Positions 45,873-55,302 of a stretch of 64,000 bases of DNA are shown here, piece after piece (within the stretch, counting starts at the first letter, position 1; each line of letters starts with the position of its first letter). The stretch is from a virus (lineage: Duplodnaviria; Heunggongvirae; Uroviricota; Caudoviricetes), in the IMG/VR virus record IMGVR_UViG_3300029305_004380, positions 2,042 through 66,041 of that record. One strand, given 5' to 3'. The notes below the pieces were generated by a model. That model made no database searches and was not told the DNA's origin. It was given only the letters and a program-made list of their open reading frames with translations. The translations under genes and the position numbers were made by a program.

Positions 45873-46823
45873 TTAATAATCAAAATACGATAAAATATTA
45901 TTTAGTGTACTATTTATAAATGGTAATTTCTTATATTCACAATATTCTTTAAATTCTTTTTCACCCATATCTGCAGGATCTCTATCTTCAGGAAGTTTTA
46001 TATTATATATGTTACTTTGAGTATATTTATTTAATGCATTCATTAATTTCATATTTCCTAATTGTCCTGTTTCGTCTCCATCTAAACAACAATATATTTC
46101 TTCAAATTCATAATCACTTATTAATTTTATTTGTCTATCAGATATACTTGAACCAAAAATACTTATTACATCTTTTCCAGCTAAAATTGCACTAAATACA
46201 CCTTCTACAATATAAATTCTTTTTTGTTTTTTATTTTGATTATGCAAATTAAATACTATATTACTTTTATCTACATCTTCAGGATTTAAATATTTAGGTT
46301 CCATATTTAAATAGCTACGTCCTTGATAAAAATCAGTCCATTTTGAAATTATCATGTTAGGAACAACTATTCTACCAAAATATTCATTTATTCCATTCAT
46401 TATATTATAATACATTATATGTTCGTCTGTTATTTTTCTATTTTGTAAATATTCATATCCTACGCTATCTTTTTTTAATTCCATCACATTATTAAGTTCT
46501 AATAATTTATTACTATCTAAATGTTCTTCATTATTTTCTTCTATAAAATAATCGGTAATTAAAGGAATTATTTTTTCTGAATTACTAAGTTTATGTTTTA
46601 CAATTATTCCACTTGTATTACATTTAAAACAATGATATATAGTAGTTTTAACATCTACTACAAACTTATGAGATTTATCAGATTTTCCTCTAACTGATTC
46701 ACAAAATGGACAATTATAATCTAAATTCCCTTTTGCGTTAATTCTGTAATCATTTCCAAATTTATTTATAATTTTATCTATATTTATTTTTTCAATTTCA
46801 CTGTAATTAAAATATGACTTCAT
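45873..46823 (-). CDS. DnaG-type DNA primase with zinc ribbon and TOPRIM domain (316 aa)
   Basis: CPFC...CFKC zinc ribbon. TOPRIM motifs EG (IVEGVFSAI) and DGDETG. Confidence 0.75.
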   Translation of the reverse strand: MKSYFNYSEIEKINIDKIINKFGNDYRINAKGNLDYNCPFCESVRGKSDKSHKFVVDVKTTIYHCFKCNTSGIIVKHKLSNSEKIIPLITDYFIEENNEEHLDSNKLLELNNVMELKKDSVGYEYLQNRKITDEHIMYYNIMNGINEYFGRIVVPNMIISKWTDFYQGRSYLNMEPKYLNPEDVDKSNIVFNLHNQNKKQKRIYIVEGVFSAILAGKDVISIFGSSISDRQIKLISDYEFEEIYCCLDGDETGQLGNMKLMNALNKYTQSNIYNIKLPEDRDPADMGEKEFKEYCEYKKLPFINSTLNNILSYFDY

Positions 46824-46883
46824 AACTATTCTCTTTATCTTATATTATTTCTTTATTATTATAATAGTGTTTTTATTTGTTTT

Positions 46884-48473
46884 TTATTTTATATCTTCCC
46901 ATTCTTTAAATTTTTCTTCTAATTGTACTATAGTACAATTTTTTATCATGTCATCTGAATTATTAATTCCTAATACTTTTTTATATTTTACCATTCTTTC
47001 TCTGAATTGTTTATTTAACATATTATCTTCTAAATCATTAAAATCTACAATATATGCATATTTACCAGTTTTTGATCTTCTAAGAGCTCTACCTACAGAT
47101 TGAAGAGTAGTACGATCGCTTTTACCTCCTTGAGCTAATATACATACGTCTACTTTACTCAAGTCCAATCCTTCTTGTATACAACTACTACCTATGATTA
47201 TTTTAACTTTATCTTTATCAAATAATTTTAATGCACTATTAAAGTCTTTTTCAATTTTACCATTTCTTTTATTTACTTTTTCATATGTTTGTCCACCAAA
47301 ACAAGTTCTAGCTATATCTCCATATCCTAAATTATATATTTCTTGTAAAATATTTCTGCCCCAATCAAGTATATTCATTAAAATTATAACTTTACGATTA
47401 TATTTTGCAAATGTAACAGCAGCCTCTGCTATTAATTTTGTTCTTTTTTCAGATTGTAATCTAATCTTTCGAACATTATGCCATGTATAATCTATTTTTT
47501 CTTCATCAATAATTTCATTTGCATCATTGTGAATAACACATAATTTAGGATATGCAAGCTGATTATTTTCTATTAATTCATCGCCGTCTACTTTCATTAT
47601 TATAGGTCCGCAATTACCTATTCTTTTTAATTCTTCATAATTAAAGTCATCTATGCACTTACCATCTACGTGATAATGCGAAATGAATGTAGCAGACAGT
47701 CCTATAGAATATATTAAATTACCCATATGATAAGTAGGTAATGACCAAGTAGTACTACCGCCATGATGAGATTCATCTATAAATTGAACTTCAACTTTAT
47801 CTAATACATGTTTACTATTTTTTAAATCATTACATAAACTCATAGGATGAGCTAAATTTACTTTATTGGACATTATCATTCTTGTCTCTCTATAATCATT
47901 AACAGGAATTTTATATTTTTTAAATCTACGTTTTATACCATTTAATAACTCTATAGTAGGTTCTAAAACTAAAGTAGTTGGATATTTTTCATTCTTTGAT
48001 TTCATTATTTGCAAAGTTGCACACATTATCTCTGTTTTACCGAATCCAGTAGCGGCTTGTATAATTCCTCGTTTGTATTGAAAAATTCTCTTAATTGCTT
48101 CTATTTGATTATCATACAATGATATTCCTGGTAAAATGTTTCTATAATTTTCAATATTATCTATTATGTCTACAACATCATATAATGCATGTTGTTTATT
48201 TGTGCAATTTTCAACATCACTATTTATAAATAAATATTTCACATATTTTAATAAACCGAATGGAACATACATCCAATTATCTTTTACTTCATATAATTGT
48301 TTACTAACTGTAATACTTGAATGTTTTTGTGTTAATCTCTTTAAATCTCTGTCATATACTTTCTTAACTTGTAATTCTTTTTCAACAATTGTCAATAAAT
48401 CTTTCATATCATAATAACTTGGATCATCTTCACTTATCATGATCCAATTATTTTTATTTATTTTTACACTCAT
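46884..48473 (-). CDS. SF2 DNA helicase, DEAD/DEAH-like, UvsW-like (529 aa)
   Basis: Walker A AATGFGKTE, motif II DESHH, motif III SAT, and motif VI QSVGRALR. Confidence 0.75.
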   Translation of the reverse strand: MSVKINKNNWIMISEDDPSYYDMKDLLTIVEKELQVKKVYDRDLKRLTQKHSSITVSKQLYEVKDNWMYVPFGLLKYVKYLFINSDVENCTNKQHALYDVVDIIDNIENYRNILPGISLYDNQIEAIKRIFQYKRGIIQAATGFGKTEIMCATLQIMKSKNEKYPTTLVLEPTIELLNGIKRRFKKYKIPVNDYRETRMIMSNKVNLAHPMSLCNDLKNSKHVLDKVEVQFIDESHHGGSTTWSLPTYHMGNLIYSIGLSATFISHYHVDGKCIDDFNYEELKRIGNCGPIIMKVDGDELIENNQLAYPKLCVIHNDANEIIDEEKIDYTWHNVRKIRLQSEKRTKLIAEAAVTFAKYNRKVIILMNILDWGRNILQEIYNLGYGDIARTCFGGQTYEKVNKRNGKIEKDFNSALKLFDKDKVKIIIGSSCIQEGLDLSKVDVCILAQGGKSDRTTLQSVGRALRRSKTGKYAYIVDFNDLEDNMLNKQFRERMVKYKKVLGINNSDDMIKNCTIVQLEEKFKEWEDIK

Positions 48474-48500
48474 TATATATCACATCATTTCAATTACAAA

Positions 48501-49511
48501 TTATACTGCATCTTTTATATTATGTCTTGTTAACGCCAATGCTTCAAATATTATATTTGTATTAATTGTTTTTATTTCATATCTGTTTAATAACGCTAAT
48601 ACATCATTTACATTTTTATTTTTGTATACTTTTCTTATAGCCTCATATATTGCATTTTCATTTATTTCAAAATCTTGTATTCTATTTAAATCTATCAATT
48701 CCATATTGATTAGAAACTGATTTTCATTAAAATTCATATATGCTTTCTTAAATTTAAGATTATTGTTTTTACAAAATTCTTTTAACTTATTTTCATCACT
48801 TATTATATTTACACAATCATGTTTTTTCAATAAATCATATAATTCAAAAAATTCTTTTGCTGTTTTTTCTCCCACCCTAAAACATGCTCCAGGTATATTA
48901 TCAGAATCATCTCCACATAAAGCTTTAGTTCTAATAAAATCATGAATAGTACTAAAATTATGTTCATGTAAAAAACTATGTAATTCAACGCTTGTATTTT
49001 TCATAGGTTGCCTTACTTTACAATTTTCACTCAATAACTGAAGCAAATCTCTATCATCGGTAATGACTTTTGATTTTTCACAATGTTTAGATAACCAATA
49101 CATTAAATCATCACCTTCAGTTTTTTTAAACAATAATGAAGGTATACCGAACAAATTTAATATTTCAATTAATTTTTTTCTTTGTAATTTATAATTATAT
49201 ACATAATCTTCATCTAATTCATCATCTGTCATTTGATAAAATGGTTTTATTGAAGGATCGTTTAATTTATCTTTATGTTGTTTATAATTATCATAAGCAC
49301 TTAATCTTCTATCGGATAATCCATCATCCCAACACACTATAGGAAAGTAATTCTCATTTAATCTAATCTCTTTTTGAAACATATTAAGAAAAGAATAAAT
49401 ACCACCTGTTCTTTCTAATTTTGAATTTCTAAGATCAAATAAATGTTGTTGTTTTAATCCTCTATGAAGCATGTATGAACCATCAAAAATCAATAATCTT
49501 TTTAATTGCAT
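48501..49511 (-). CDS. 5'-3' exonuclease / flap endonuclease (T4 RNase H-like, 336 aa)
   Basis: N-terminal LLIFDGSYMLHRG PIN-like 5'-nuclease signature, conserved acidic clusters, and a C-terminal helix-hairpin-helix region. Confidence 0.8.
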   Translation of the reverse strand: MQLKRLLIFDGSYMLHRGLKQQHLFDLRNSKLERTGGIYSFLNMFQKEIRLNENYFPIVCWDDGLSDRRLSAYDNYKQHKDKLNDPSIKPFYQMTDDELDEDYVYNYKLQRKKLIEILNLFGIPSLLFKKTEGDDLMYWLSKHCEKSKVITDDRDLLQLLSENCKVRQPMKNTSVELHSFLHEHNFSTIHDFIRTKALCGDDSDNIPGACFRVGEKTAKEFFELYDLLKKHDCVNIISDENKLKEFCKNNNLKFKKAYMNFNENQFLINMELIDLNRIQDFEINENAIYEAIRKVYKNKNVNDVLALLNRYEIKTINTNIIFEALALTRHNIKDAV

Positions 49512-49524
49512 TAATTACTCTCCT

Positions 49525-50451
49525 TTAATGAATAAATTTACTAACATTCATGTTATTTAACATATATATTAGTTCTTCATTTTTTAATAGTTTATTATCC
49601 AAAATTTCATTTTTAGATTTATTACTTAAAATATCAAAATCATGCATTATTTCACTTAATATGTCTCTATAATTTCTATCATCATAATATTCAAAATAAT
49701 ATATATCTTCTTTTCCTTTTTTATATATTTCATTCATAGTTGTAATATATTTTTCATTATCTGTTATAAAATTTTCTTTATAACAATGCAAACTACCGAA
49801 TAGATGCGTATAAGTTCCCATTTCAACATTCAATTCTTTTGCCATCATCATTTGCCAAATAATAAATTGTGTCATATCATTAGGTAATCCGAACCAAATA
49901 TCACAACTTCTCATATACACAATACAATTTAATTTATTATCTCTAAGTAAAAATTGTATTGATGATGTACAAGGAGTATCATCATCTTGTCTATGCTTCA
50001 TTATAGGTATTTGCCAAATAGCTTGTCTAGAATATGGGTCTCTTTTTAATAATTCAACTGTTGCATCAAAAACTGTTAATTCTGGATTTTTATTATCTTT
50101 TTGAACAAATATATAATGTCCATAATTAGAATTAACAAGACCTTTTTCATCACCATCTTTATTAACTAAATCGTTCCAAATATTTGCAGGTGCATCTTTC
50201 ACATCTCTACTTCCATTTAAATACCACATGCATTCTTTTGCAAGATAAATAGGACTTAACTTTCTAATAGGTGACCACATTAAACAATTTTGTGGTTCCA
50301 ATATTCTAAACCCAATACCTACACTTTCATTAGTAACTCTACCACGAGCACATGAATTATAGAAATTATCAATAGAATGATCAACGTCGGTGTGTCCTAA
50401 TTCATCATATAATACACTCCAAGCTTCTACTGCAGTTTTAAAATTATACAT
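49525..50451 (-). CDS. ThyA-family pyrimidine C5-hydroxymethylase/methylase with dCMP-hydroxymethylase-type active site (308 aa)
   Basis: Whole-length ThyA-fold match (NSNYG, YMRSCDIWFG). The catalytic Cys is in PCT rather than PCH. The ThyA Asn177 position is Asp (LPNDMTQF versus ThyA LPFNIASY). That is the substitution that distinguishes dCMP hydroxymethylase from thymidylate synthase. Confidence 0.7.
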   Translation of the reverse strand: MYNFKTAVEAWSVLYDELGHTDVDHSIDNFYNSCARGRVTNESVGIGFRILEPQNCLMWSPIRKLSPIYLAKECMWYLNGSRDVKDAPANIWNDLVNKDGDEKGLVNSNYGHYIFVQKDNKNPELTVFDATVELLKRDPYSRQAIWQIPIMKHRQDDDTPCTSSIQFLLRDNKLNCIVYMRSCDIWFGLPNDMTQFIIWQMMMAKELNVEMGTYTHLFGSLHCYKENFITDNEKYITTMNEIYKKGKEDIYYFEYYDDRNYRDILSEIMHDFDILSNKSKNEILDNKLLKNEELIYMLNNMNVSKFIH

Positions 50452-50493
50452 AATTTTTATTTCTCCTTTATATCATATATAAATATATAATAA

Positions 50494-51072
50494 TTATTTG
50501 TAATTCATTTTATTTTTATCCTGTAAAACGCTTTTATCAAATCTTAATACTTCTGATATGCAAATTGCATCTGCTAAATCTGCATTCAATTCATATATTA
50601 TTTCTTTTTTTCTTGTTTTTATAATTTTATCAATAAGATCTACATGTTTATATTTATGTCTAACATATCTTAATGCATCATTTTTGTCACATTTAGCAGA
50701 ACCTAAAACTTTTGCTTTCCAACTTCTTACATCTACTTGATAAATATCAAATAAATCACTAAATTCATTAATAATAGTTGTTTGCACTTTATTTAATGAT
50801 AATATGGTGGGCAATTGAATTTTTCCATAACTAAATAATCTTATAGATTCAAATATTAAAATGTCCACACCATATTTATCATTAAAACAAGTAATAATCT
50901 CAAGCATCTTTTTTCTATGTTCCAAATTGTTTTTTACATTACTTGGATGAATACTTTTATAATCAATAAGTGTTTTAGCTTCATTATCATATAATGCAAA
51001 TCCCATACGAGTACTACCACCTATGTCAACAGCTAAAACTTTATTATATTCTTTTTCTTTTTTTCGTCTCAT
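50494..51072 (-). CDS. RuvC-like Holliday junction resolvase (192 aa)
   Basis: N-terminal VLAVDIGGSTRMGFA (RuvC/YqgF-type first acidic motif), plus downstream acidic residues. Confidence 0.6.
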   Translation of the reverse strand: MRRKKEKEYNKVLAVDIGGSTRMGFALYDNEAKTLIDYKSIHPSNVKNNLEHRKKMLEIITCFNDKYGVDILIFESIRLFSYGKIQLPTILSLNKVQTTIINEFSDLFDIYQVDVRSWKAKVLGSAKCDKNDALRYVRHKYKHVDLIDKIIKTRKKEIIYELNADLADAICISEVLRFDKSVLQDKNKMNYK

Positions 51073-51075
51073 TAC

Positions 51076-51372
51076 TTATTTATTCAATAACTCCCTATTT
51101 ATTTTTTTCTTAAAATTATCTGACGGAATAAATTTCAATTTAACATTCTTAATAACTTCACCTGACTTAGTGCCTTGATGCTTTATTTCTGAAGTTATAT
51201 AACCAATATCTCCAATCCATAATTCTTTTCTATTGAGTAATGCATCTTCTACTTCTCTAGCAAATTCTTTTTTATACTTGTCATATAATGCATTATCAAT
51301 AAACTTTTCATCATTAATAACGTCTTTTAATTTTTCATATAAAATTCCTTGAATAATTGTTGTATCTTGCAT
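51076..51372 (-). CDS. hypothetical protein (98 aa)
   Basis: ORF track. Confidence 0.45.
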   Translation of the reverse strand: MQDTTIIQGILYEKLKDVINDEKFIDNALYDKYKKEFAREVEDALLNRKELWIGDIGYITSEIKHQGTKSGEVIKNVKLKFIPSDNFKKKINRELLNK

Positions 51373-51434
51373 AATCTATTAATCTCCTTTTTAATATTAT
51401 AATTATATTTTAATTGTATCACACATACAAATAA

Positions 51435-53450
51435 TTATAGTATGTGTTTAGTAGAATAGTGAGAATTTTTATCATCGATAATATTTCTAATATCTTGTTC
51501 TGTTATTTTTTCAATACCCAATTCATCTGCTTTTACATTTTTACTTGATCCACTATTAGGATTATCAGTTACTAGATATTTAATATCTTTAGTAATTGAT
51601 GATTTAATTTCATATCCATTATCATTCAAATATTTCTCAAATTCTTTTCTTGGAACAGATAATTTTCCAGTTATAACGACAGGAATCATTATTTCTTTTT
51701 CTTCAACTTTAAAATCAACTCTATGTTCTACATAAAATGCATTTTTAAATTTAGATAAACCATCTGGAGTATTGAACATTATATTGGTCAATGCAGGACC
51801 TACTAAATTTTCAGTCAACTTTAATCCTTCACATCTAAATAAATCAATATCTTTAATTTCCATAAATTCTTCAAACAAACCTATAAATTCTTCATTAGAT
51901 GCTAATTTTTCTGCATTCTTAATGCCTAAAGACTTAATATTTAAAGCTACTAATAAATCTTTAAATGATATTTTTTGATTAAATAACTTATCTAACACTA
52001 GATTAAATTTACCTTTATGAGTATTTGAAGCCATTCCAGAATACTCTAAATCCATATAAGTTTTATCATACAATTCATTTAATGAATTTATATTAAGTTC
52101 TTTAAAAAATGAATCTGTAAGGGTTTCTGAAATTCCTTCAATAGGTGCTATTGTTCTAACCCATACTTTAAGATTTTGTTCATCTCTATTTGAACACTCT
52201 TTATTTTTACATACTAAATCTACACCATCCCATTCTAACTTAGAATTACAGAATGGACATAACATTTCATCTAATTTTTTTCTACCATTTCCATTAGAAC
52301 CAGAAATAACTTTAATGATATATGGAATAACTTCTCCGCTTCTAGTAAGTACTATTTTAGCTCCAACATCTAAATCATTTTCATATACATATTTAGCATT
52401 AAAAGCGGTTGCATTACTTACTGTCGCTCCTGATAATTCAACTGGGGCTACATTTATAACAGGAATCGCTTTATTACCTTTTGACATTTTCCATCTAATA
52501 TTTTCTATTACTGTTTCAGCTGTTTCAGTTATAAATTTATAAGCAATTTCATTATTATTTATAACAATATTAATATAATTTTTATTTTTATCAAATTCAA
52601 TATTTCTATTTCTTTTACTAATTACAATACCATCACATAAATACTTAGTATTAAACTTTTTATATATGTCTTCTAATGATTCTTGTGAAATTAAAGAACC
52701 ATTATCTTCTATATAATCAACAATAAACTCCGGCTTTATAAACTTTCTTAAAAATTTAATATCATATTTATTTGCATTCATGACATTGTCTATATAAATT
52801 TTATTGTATATAAGTGAAGAATTATCAGCACAACCAACTACTTTGTAAAACACCAAATCAATATACTCTAAATCAGTAGTTAATTCATCTCTTCCTATTA
52901 TTCCTGCTGCAACATTTCTTTGATTTTGATCTTCAGTTACAATTCCTTTAGATAACATTTTATTCCAATTTTCATTTGAAATACAAAGTTCACCTCTAAT
53001 TGCACCTGTAAAATCAAATTCATTCGGAATGTTAAATTCTTTTTCAACAATTTTTAACACTTTATCTGTTCTATTTATACCAATTTCTCCATTACCTCTT
53101 GTAAGAGCTTTTACAAGTTTTCCATCAACAAAGTAACAAACCATTGACAAGCCATCTAACTTCGCACTTAATAAAATATCTTCATTTATAAATTCTTTAG
53201 GAATATCTTGTATGCTTCTTGGCTTTTTATCAATTCCAGATACTTTTCCGTATATATGATTTTCTTTTTCTCCAACATTTTTGAGTGGATCATAACCCCA
53301 CCCTACAGATTTTAAAATTCTAGAATTAGGATTAGCACCCTTTAAATATTCTATCAATGCGTCAAATTCATTATCACTCATTATAGGAGTTCCTGAATAA
53401 TAATTTTGAGATGCTTCTATGATTTTAGCTTCAAGTTGTTCTATAGTCAT
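51435..53450 (-). CDS. ligA: NAD-dependent DNA ligase LigA (671 aa)
   Basis: Adenylation motif KLDG (SAKLDGLSM), OB-fold, a Zn finger CPFC...C...C, HhH and C-terminal BRCT-like region. GGAGG ribosome-binding site. Confidence 0.9.
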   Translation of the reverse strand: MTIEQLEAKIIEASQNYYSGTPIMSDNEFDALIEYLKGANPNSRILKSVGWGYDPLKNVGEKENHIYGKVSGIDKKPRSIQDIPKEFINEDILLSAKLDGLSMVCYFVDGKLVKALTRGNGEIGINRTDKVLKIVEKEFNIPNEFDFTGAIRGELCISNENWNKMLSKGIVTEDQNQRNVAAGIIGRDELTTDLEYIDLVFYKVVGCADNSSLIYNKIYIDNVMNANKYDIKFLRKFIKPEFIVDYIEDNGSLISQESLEDIYKKFNTKYLCDGIVISKRNRNIEFDKNKNYINIVINNNEIAYKFITETAETVIENIRWKMSKGNKAIPVINVAPVELSGATVSNATAFNAKYVYENDLDVGAKIVLTRSGEVIPYIIKVISGSNGNGRKKLDEMLCPFCNSKLEWDGVDLVCKNKECSNRDEQNLKVWVRTIAPIEGISETLTDSFFKELNINSLNELYDKTYMDLEYSGMASNTHKGKFNLVLDKLFNQKISFKDLLVALNIKSLGIKNAEKLASNEEFIGLFEEFMEIKDIDLFRCEGLKLTENLVGPALTNIMFNTPDGLSKFKNAFYVEHRVDFKVEEKEIMIPVVITGKLSVPRKEFEKYLNDNGYEIKSSITKDIKYLVTDNPNSGSSKNVKADELGIEKITEQDIRNIIDDKNSHYSTKHIL

Positions 53451-53462
53451 AATTTTCCTCCT

Positions 53463-54164
53463 TTATTTTTCATTATCTGCATTAGTACAACTCTGTTCAA
53501 TTGCATAAGGTATATTGTTTTTTATTTCTCCTGCTCTTACTATTGCTTCTGCCAATTCATTAATTCTTGCTTCTCTTGCTTCTTTTTCTTTTTTAGCAAT
53601 ATATTTCATCAATCTTTCATGATTCTTTTTACGCTTTGCTTCAATTCTAGCTTCCTCTTCTTTAGCTTTTTCTTCAGCTTTAATCTTATTATTGTATAAC
53701 TTTAAAGCTTTTGAAATTAGATTATTAAACTTAGCACCACCTAAAAGATGTTTCGCAATGCAAACCATAATTGCTGTTTCCAAATTAAATTCATCGTCTT
53801 CATGACAAATAGATTTTTCAATAGTGTCATCATCAAATGTGACTTGCACCACTTTATTAGGTATTATGATTTCAACATCTTTAATTTTCATATTGCGATT
53901 CACCGCTGTTATACAATCTTTTGTCATTTCTACATTTAAATACTGAGGTCTACAAATAACACTATTTGAGCAAATATGCTCTATATCATTAATATTGGTA
54001 TATAAATTATTTATAACAGCAGTACCAGTGCTAATATTTTCATCATAACTCAATCCACGTTGATTATAAAATGCATTATTTGTAGTGGTTGATAAAGATG
54101 ACATGACAGCTTCACCATATCGTTTATTAATTTCTGTTTTATTAGGATTACTCATAAATTTCAT
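53463..54164 (-). CDS. hypothetical protein with C-terminal K/E/A coiled-coil (233 aa)
   Basis: ORF track. Confidence 0.5.
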   Translation of the reverse strand: MKFMSNPNKTEINKRYGEAVMSSLSTTTNNAFYNQRGLSYDENISTGTAVINNLYTNINDIEHICSNSVICRPQYLNVEMTKDCITAVNRNMKIKDVEIIIPNKVVQVTFDDDTIEKSICHEDDEFNLETAIMVCIAKHLLGGAKFNNLISKALKLYNNKIKAEEKAKEEEARIEAKRKKNHERLMKYIAKKEKEAREARINELAEAIVRAGEIKNNIPYAIEQSCTNADNEK

Positions 54165-54170
54165 TCTCCT

Positions 54171-54554
54171 TTATTTATCAAAATTTCTTATTTCATTTAT
54201 ACTAAATCCACTAACATCGCAATTAGGATTATCAGTAGGAGTATATTTAGCACCCTCAATGGACGGATTCATAAACTCTAACATTGCAAAATTTGCTACA
54301 TCAGCTAAATATTCAGTGTTTCCAGTTTCTAAATATTTATCTAATCTTATTTTTAAATTTTCAATAGCATTCATACACTTATAAGTTCCATAATTATCTT
54401 TTAAAGGACCATATTTATAGTATGACATAATCATCATATCTTTACGAATTTTATCAAACTGTTCAGAATATTCAGTTTTTAATATTTTTTCTCTATATTG
54501 TGCAAGTGCTAAACTTGCTTCAAATCCCTCATGTTTTCCGTATGCATTACTCAT
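54171..54554 (-). CDS. hypothetical protein (127 aa)
   Basis: ORF track. Confidence 0.45.
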   Translation of the reverse strand: MSNAYGKHEGFEASLALAQYREKILKTEYSEQFDKIRKDMMIMSYYKYGPLKDNYGTYKCMNAIENLKIRLDKYLETGNTEYLADVANFAMLEFMNPSIEGAKYTPTDNPNCDVSGFSINEIRNFDK

Positions 54555-54909
54555 TTACATCAACTCCGTTTTTATCGCAATAATTTACACATTGCATCAT
54601 ATATTTAAAAGTATTACTATCAATAACGAAATAATCTTTTCCTTCTGGAGAAAAACGAAAAGCTAAAGTACCATAATCTTTCATCTGTTCGAATGTTTGT
54701 TCTTTTAATTTTTCAAGTATTGATTTTTTTACACTATAACTATCCTTTTCAGTGGTTACAGTCTTACATTCAAAAAACCAATTATCGGTTAATACATCTC
54801 CGCCGCCAGTGGGAGTTCCCCCACTGGCGACTTGCACTTGACCATTTACTAAATTTGCTACTTGTTTTTCTTGTAATAAACTAGCTTCTTTTTTTGTATA
54901 CTCTTTCAT
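54547..54909 (-). CDS. small protein with possible PD-(D/E)xK nuclease motif (120 aa)
   Basis: GGDVLTDNWFFECK contains D...ExK-like spacing. Weak. Confidence 0.35.
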   Translation of the reverse strand: MKEYTKKEASLLQEKQVANLVNGQVQVASGGTPTGGGDVLTDNWFFECKTVTTEKDSYSVKKSILEKLKEQTFEQMKDYGTLAFRFSPEGKDYFVIDSNTFKYMMQCVNYCDKNGVDVNE

Positions 54910-54912
54910 ATA

Positions 54913-55299
54913 TTACTCCTCATCTTCTGAGTCTATTTTGACATCTAATGTAATCGTACTATTCAGAGGATATAATTCTCCTGTATATTCTTTTGCATCA
55001 ATTACTTCAAACAATTTTAAATCATCAATAATGTCTAAAGATACATCTTTTGGATTTTCTGGGTTTATTTCTGTTTCATAATCACTCCATACATGATTAC
55101 ATTCTTTATTACGCTTTATTTCATAAAGAGTTGTAATAGCATCATGAATTTGAGAAAAACAAGTTACATTATATCTTATTAAATCTGTTATTATTGTATA
55201 AGTCTTATTAATTCCAAGTCCCATAAACACTGAACCAGGCATTACATCTGTTTCTATTATATGAACAGGCTGATTTTTATCTATTCCAATAAACCACAT
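54913..55299 (-). CDS. hypothetical protein (128 aa)
   Basis: ORF track. Confidence 0.45.
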   Translation of the reverse strand: MWFIGIDKNQPVHIIETDVMPGSVFMGLGINKTYTIITDLIRYNVTCFSQIHDAITTLYEIKRNKECNHVWSDYETEINPENPKDVSLDIIDDLKLFEVIDAKEYTGELYPLNSTITLDVKIDSEDEE

Positions 55300-55302
55300 T
55301 CT

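Noticed and set aside
49525-50451. Calling the ThyA-fold gene a conventional thymidylate synthase (thyA)
   Set aside because: A dedicated ThyX is present elsewhere. The Asn-to-Asp specificity position and the PCT catalytic loop match dCMP-hydroxymethylase-type enzymes, so a plain thyA label would likely be wrong.
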